NCBI GenBank assembly: GCA_963785725.1
Contig: CAWAWS010000007.1
Coordinates: 32,001 to 96,000 of the forward strand
Source: an uncultured delta proteobacterium
Lineage (GTDB): Bacteria > Myxococcota_A > Polyangia > Palsa-1104
DNA: 64,000 nt
Direction of reading: 5' to 3'
The translations under genes and the position numbers were made by a program. Position 1 is the first letter of the stretch, and each line of letters starts with the position of its first letter. Shown piece after piece: positions 61,219 to 64,000 of the stretch. Below the pieces are notes generated by a model. That model was not told where the DNA came from. It searched no databases and saw nothing but the letters and a program-made list of their open reading frames with translations.

Positions 61219-62736
61219 ATGTCGCTTGGGCAGCCGAAGAAGCAGGTCACGCAATCTCGCGAGCGCCGTCAGGTCGCGCGGCTGGGCGCGGTCGCGCTGG
61301 CGGTCGTCGCGGTGGTTTCAGGGCCGTCGCGCGCGGAAGAGGCGGACGCGCACGATCCGATCGCGCACTTGAACGAGTATGCGCACGAGCAGGTGTGCAG
61401 CCGCGCCCATCATCCCAACGCGCGCTTCTTGTGCAAGGCGCTGCGGCTCGTCAATCCCGACGGCACGCACACCATCGCACCGCGCGCCACGCCGCAAGGT
61501 TACGGCCCGGCCGATCTGCAGTCGGCCTACGCGCTCGATCCGTCGCTCGGCGACGGCATGACCGTCGCCATCGTCGACGCCTTCGGCTACAGCAAAGCCG
61601 AGGCAGACCTGGCGATGTATCGCAGCACCTTCGGCCTGCCCGCGTGCACGAGCGCCAGCGGCTGCTTCAAAGTCGTTGGCCAAGACGGCGGCACGCCGCC
61701 CGCCGATCCGACGAGCAGCAAGGACGCCGAGTGGAACGGCGAGGCCGCCCTCGACGTCGACATGGTCTCGGCCGCGTGCCCGAAGTGCAAGATCATCCTC
61801 GTCCTCGTCAACAACGATCAGGACGACGGCTTGATGCTCGGCCAGCAGACCGCCGCCACGCTCGGCGCCGACGTCATCAGCAACAGCTGGGGTGGTCCCG
61901 ACACCAATCCCGCCTCCGAGGAGCACTATTTTCAGACGACGCCGCCGGTCGGCATCTTCGTCGCGTCCGGCGATGAGGGCTACGACAACCAGGACTCGAG
62001 CCCGTCGGGACCGGACTATCCGAGCACGTCGAGCTTCGCCATCGGTGTCGGCGGCACGGCGCTCACGCGCGCCGCCGGCACGACGCGCGGCTGGAGCGAG
62101 CTGCCGTGGGGCGAAGACTCGGGGCGCGGCGCGGCCGGCAGCTCCTGCTCGGCGCAGATCCCGAAGCCGTCGTACCAAGCCAGCGTCATCCCCGACAGCG
62201 TCTGCCAGTTCCGCGCGGCGTCGGACACGTCGGCCGTCGCCAGCCTCTCCACCGGCGTCGCGGTCTACCAAGGCGGCTGGTCCGTCGCCGGCGGCACCAG
62301 CGTCGCGTCGCCGTTGGTGGCGTCGATCTTCGCGGCCAATGGACAGGCGCTGGCCGGGCCGTCGTTCCCGTATCTGCATACGGCCGCGTTCAACGACGTC
62401 ACCGGCGGCACGACGGCCAACTCCAACGACTCGAGCGGCCAGTGCGGCGCGCCTTTGTGCATCGCGGGCACGGGCTGGGATGGTCAGACCGGCATCGGCA
62501 CGCCCATCGGCTCGGCGCTGCACCTGCTCGCCGATCCGCCGGACATGGCGCAGCCGCTCGATCTGGCGACGCCGCCCGAGCACGGCGGCAAAGTCGGCGA
62601 CGGCGGCATCGCCAGCAGCCACGACGACGGCTGCGGCTGCACGCTCGGCGGCGCGCCCACGGCCAACGGCGCCCTCGCCTTGCCGCTCGCGCTGGCCCTG
62701 CTCGGCCTGACGATTTACCGTCGCCGCCGCGGCTGA
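61219..62736 (+). CDS. S53 (sedolisin-like) peptidase with MYXO-CTERM sorting signal
   Basis: EAALD, ISNSWG, ASGD and GGTS; C-terminal GCGC + TM + RRRR. Confidence 0.85.
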   Translation: MSLGQPKKQVTQSRERRQVARLGAVALAVVAVVSGPSRAEEADAHDPIAHLNEYAHEQVCSRAHHPNARFLCKALRLVNPDGTHTIAPRATPQGYGPADLQSAYALDPSLGDGMTVAIVDAFGYSKAEADLAMYRSTFGLPACTSASGCFKVVGQDGGTPPADPTSSKDAEWNGEAALDVDMVSAACPKCKIILVLVNNDQDDGLMLGQQTAATLGADVISNSWGGPDTNPASEEHYFQTTPPVGIFVASGDEGYDNQDSSPSGPDYPSTSSFAIGVGGTALTRAAGTTRGWSELPWGEDSGRGAAGSSCSAQIPKPSYQASVIPDSVCQFRAASDTSAVASLSTGVAVYQGGWSVAGGTSVASPLVASIFAANGQALAGPSFPYLHTAAFNDVTGGTTANSNDSSGQCGAPLCIAGTGWDGQTGIGTPIGSALHLLADPPDMAQPLDLATPPEHGGKVGDGGIASSHDDGCGCTLGGAPTANGALALPLALALLGLTIYRRRRG

Positions 62737-62753
62737 ACGTCGAGCGGCGCTAA

Positions 62754-62886
62754 AACAGTGTCGCGTGGCTGTTGATCTATCGCGAGATCCAGCGTCCGGC
62801 GCTGCTCACATACCAAAACGTCTGCTGCCCCGGCTCCTCGTTCCGTCCTTGTCTCTCGCTTGTCTCTCAACCCACGCGACACTGTT
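62754..62886. mobile_element. MITE-like element with 15-bp TIRs and TAA target duplication
   Basis: TAA|AACAGTGTCGCGTGG ... CCACGCGACACTGTT|TAA. Confidence 0.65.
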
Positions 62887-63494
62887 TAACGATCGAAGCG
62901 GTACATGGCGTCGCTGCGCAGGACGTATTTGGTGCCGGCGGTGACGGGACAGCCTTCGTGCAACATGGCGTGCTCGAAGACCAGCAGCGAGCCCTTCTCG
63001 GGCGTAATCGTCACTTCGTAGTCGATCAAGCGCGTCTCGCCACCGACGAAGCCGTCACTCAGGTAAAAGAGCGCCGTCAGGAGGCTGCCTTCGCGGCCGC
63101 TCGGCGTGTCGGGGCGAAAGTAGGCGCCGTCGAAGTGGGGCGCGAAGCGCTGGCCGCCGCGATAGCGATAGCCGCGAAAGCGCTCGTTGTAGCCGACGAG
63201 CGCGCCGCCGGCGAGCCGCTCGGGCAAGGCGTCGCGGCTGCGCGCGAAGAGGTCGGCCGCCAGCGACTCGTCGTCGAAGAGGACGCGCTCGTTGTCGCGC
63301 ATGCGCGTGTTTACGACCGGCTCGCCGTCGACCAGAATCGGCGCCAGCGCCGGCCCTTCGGCTTCGATGCGCGCAACGAGGCGCTCGCAGACGTCGTCCG
63401 ACAGCGCCTTGGCCACGACGGCCACGTACGGCACGCGCACGTTACGCAGATAGGGCGACTCGCGCAGCGGATGACGAATCGTTCGCAGGCTCAT
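62886..63494 (-). CDS. 2OG-Fe(II) oxygenase (prolyl 4-hydroxylase-like)
   Basis: NERFRGYRY..GQRFAPHFD, LFYL, GGET, HEG and KYVLRSD; start uncertain. Confidence 0.85.
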   Translation of the reverse strand: MSLRTIRHPLRESPYLRNVRVPYVAVVAKALSDDVCERLVARIEAEGPALAPILVDGEPVVNTRMRDNERVLFDDESLAADLFARSRDALPERLAGGALVGYNERFRGYRYRGGQRFAPHFDGAYFRPDTPSGREGSLLTALFYLSDGFVGGETRLIDYEVTITPEKGSLLVFEHAMLHEGCPVTAGTKYVLRSDAMYRFDR

Positions 63495-63671
63495 GCGCGC
63501 GAAGCTTAGCAGACGGCGCACCAGCGTCCGCCGCCTCGCGTTTTCACGCGGTTCGCTCGCCGCGTGCGAACCCGATCACCTGTCCGCCTGCGTCAGCTGC
63601 CGAGTCTTCGACATGGGCTCGCCACTCTGCCGAAGTGTCTCCTCCATGATCCATGTAGTATTCCGAGCTGC

Positions 63672-64000
63672 GTGCGTGGTCATGAGCCGGACGGGCTGAT
63701 TCTGCGCCTCGTGACCGACGCGCTCGTCGCCGTCGGGCTGTCGCCGGCGCAGCTTGGGCCGCTCGTCGATCCGCGGCGCGCGCACGAGCCGGCCAGCGCG
63801 CTCGTCGACGCCGCCGCGCTGGTGACCGGCGATCCCAACCTCGGCCTCGCGCTCGCCGAAGCGACCGCCATTCGCGCGCTCTCGCCGGTCGTCTATCTAA
63901 TGATGAGCGGTCCCGACCTCGGCGCGGCGCTGGCCGATCTGACGCGCTTTGCGCCGGTCGCCGTCCATCGCCCGACGACGGCCACGCTGCTCGTCGAGCC
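63672..64000 (+). CDS. AraC family regulator N-terminal ligand-binding domain, truncated by the window end
   Basis: Manual translation ...AAALVTGDPNLGLALAE...SPVVYLMMSGPDLGAALADLTRF, typical of the OruR/ArgR-type AraC N-domain. Confidence 0.7.
   Translation, partial: MRGHEPDGLILRLVTDALVAVGLSPAQLGPLVDPRRAHEPASALVDAAALVTGDPNLGLALAEATAIRALSPVVYLMMSGPDLGAALADLTRFAPVAVHRPTTATLLVE

Overview
High-GC bacterial chromosomal segment, most consistent with a Myxococcota (Polyangia-like) genome. The evidence is a Hanks kinase with a PEGA-like C-terminus, an FHA-sigma54 activator, a MYXO-CTERM peptidase, many secreted lipoproteins and several GG-N10-GC sigma54 motifs. About 50 genes are supported. They include prfC, a pqqBCDE operon with a YVTN beta-propeller gene but no visible pqqA, and an OFA-type MFS transporter with an uncalled 42-aa partner gene. 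Also present are a TolC/MFP/RND efflux operon, a LysR-YeiH pair, a porin, a ClC channel, an M13 peptidase, FdhF/YdeP, an XPB-like helicase with a DUF790 (Bax1-like) nuclease, a TetR-monooxygenase pair with a palindromic operator, a pepsin-fold lipoprotein, a GH55-like glucanase and an S53 peptidase. About ten genes are split by small indels, most likely long-read assembly errors. I saw no rRNA, tRNA, CRISPR array, integrase or transposase. The most notable unannotated signals are a 133-bp MITE-like element, many leaderless-type gene starts, back-to-back sigma54 promoters at the efflux operon and an orphan protein with three internal repeats. I found no unambiguous large novel system; the leads below are graded accordingly. 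All family assignments come from motif recognition by eye, not database searches.
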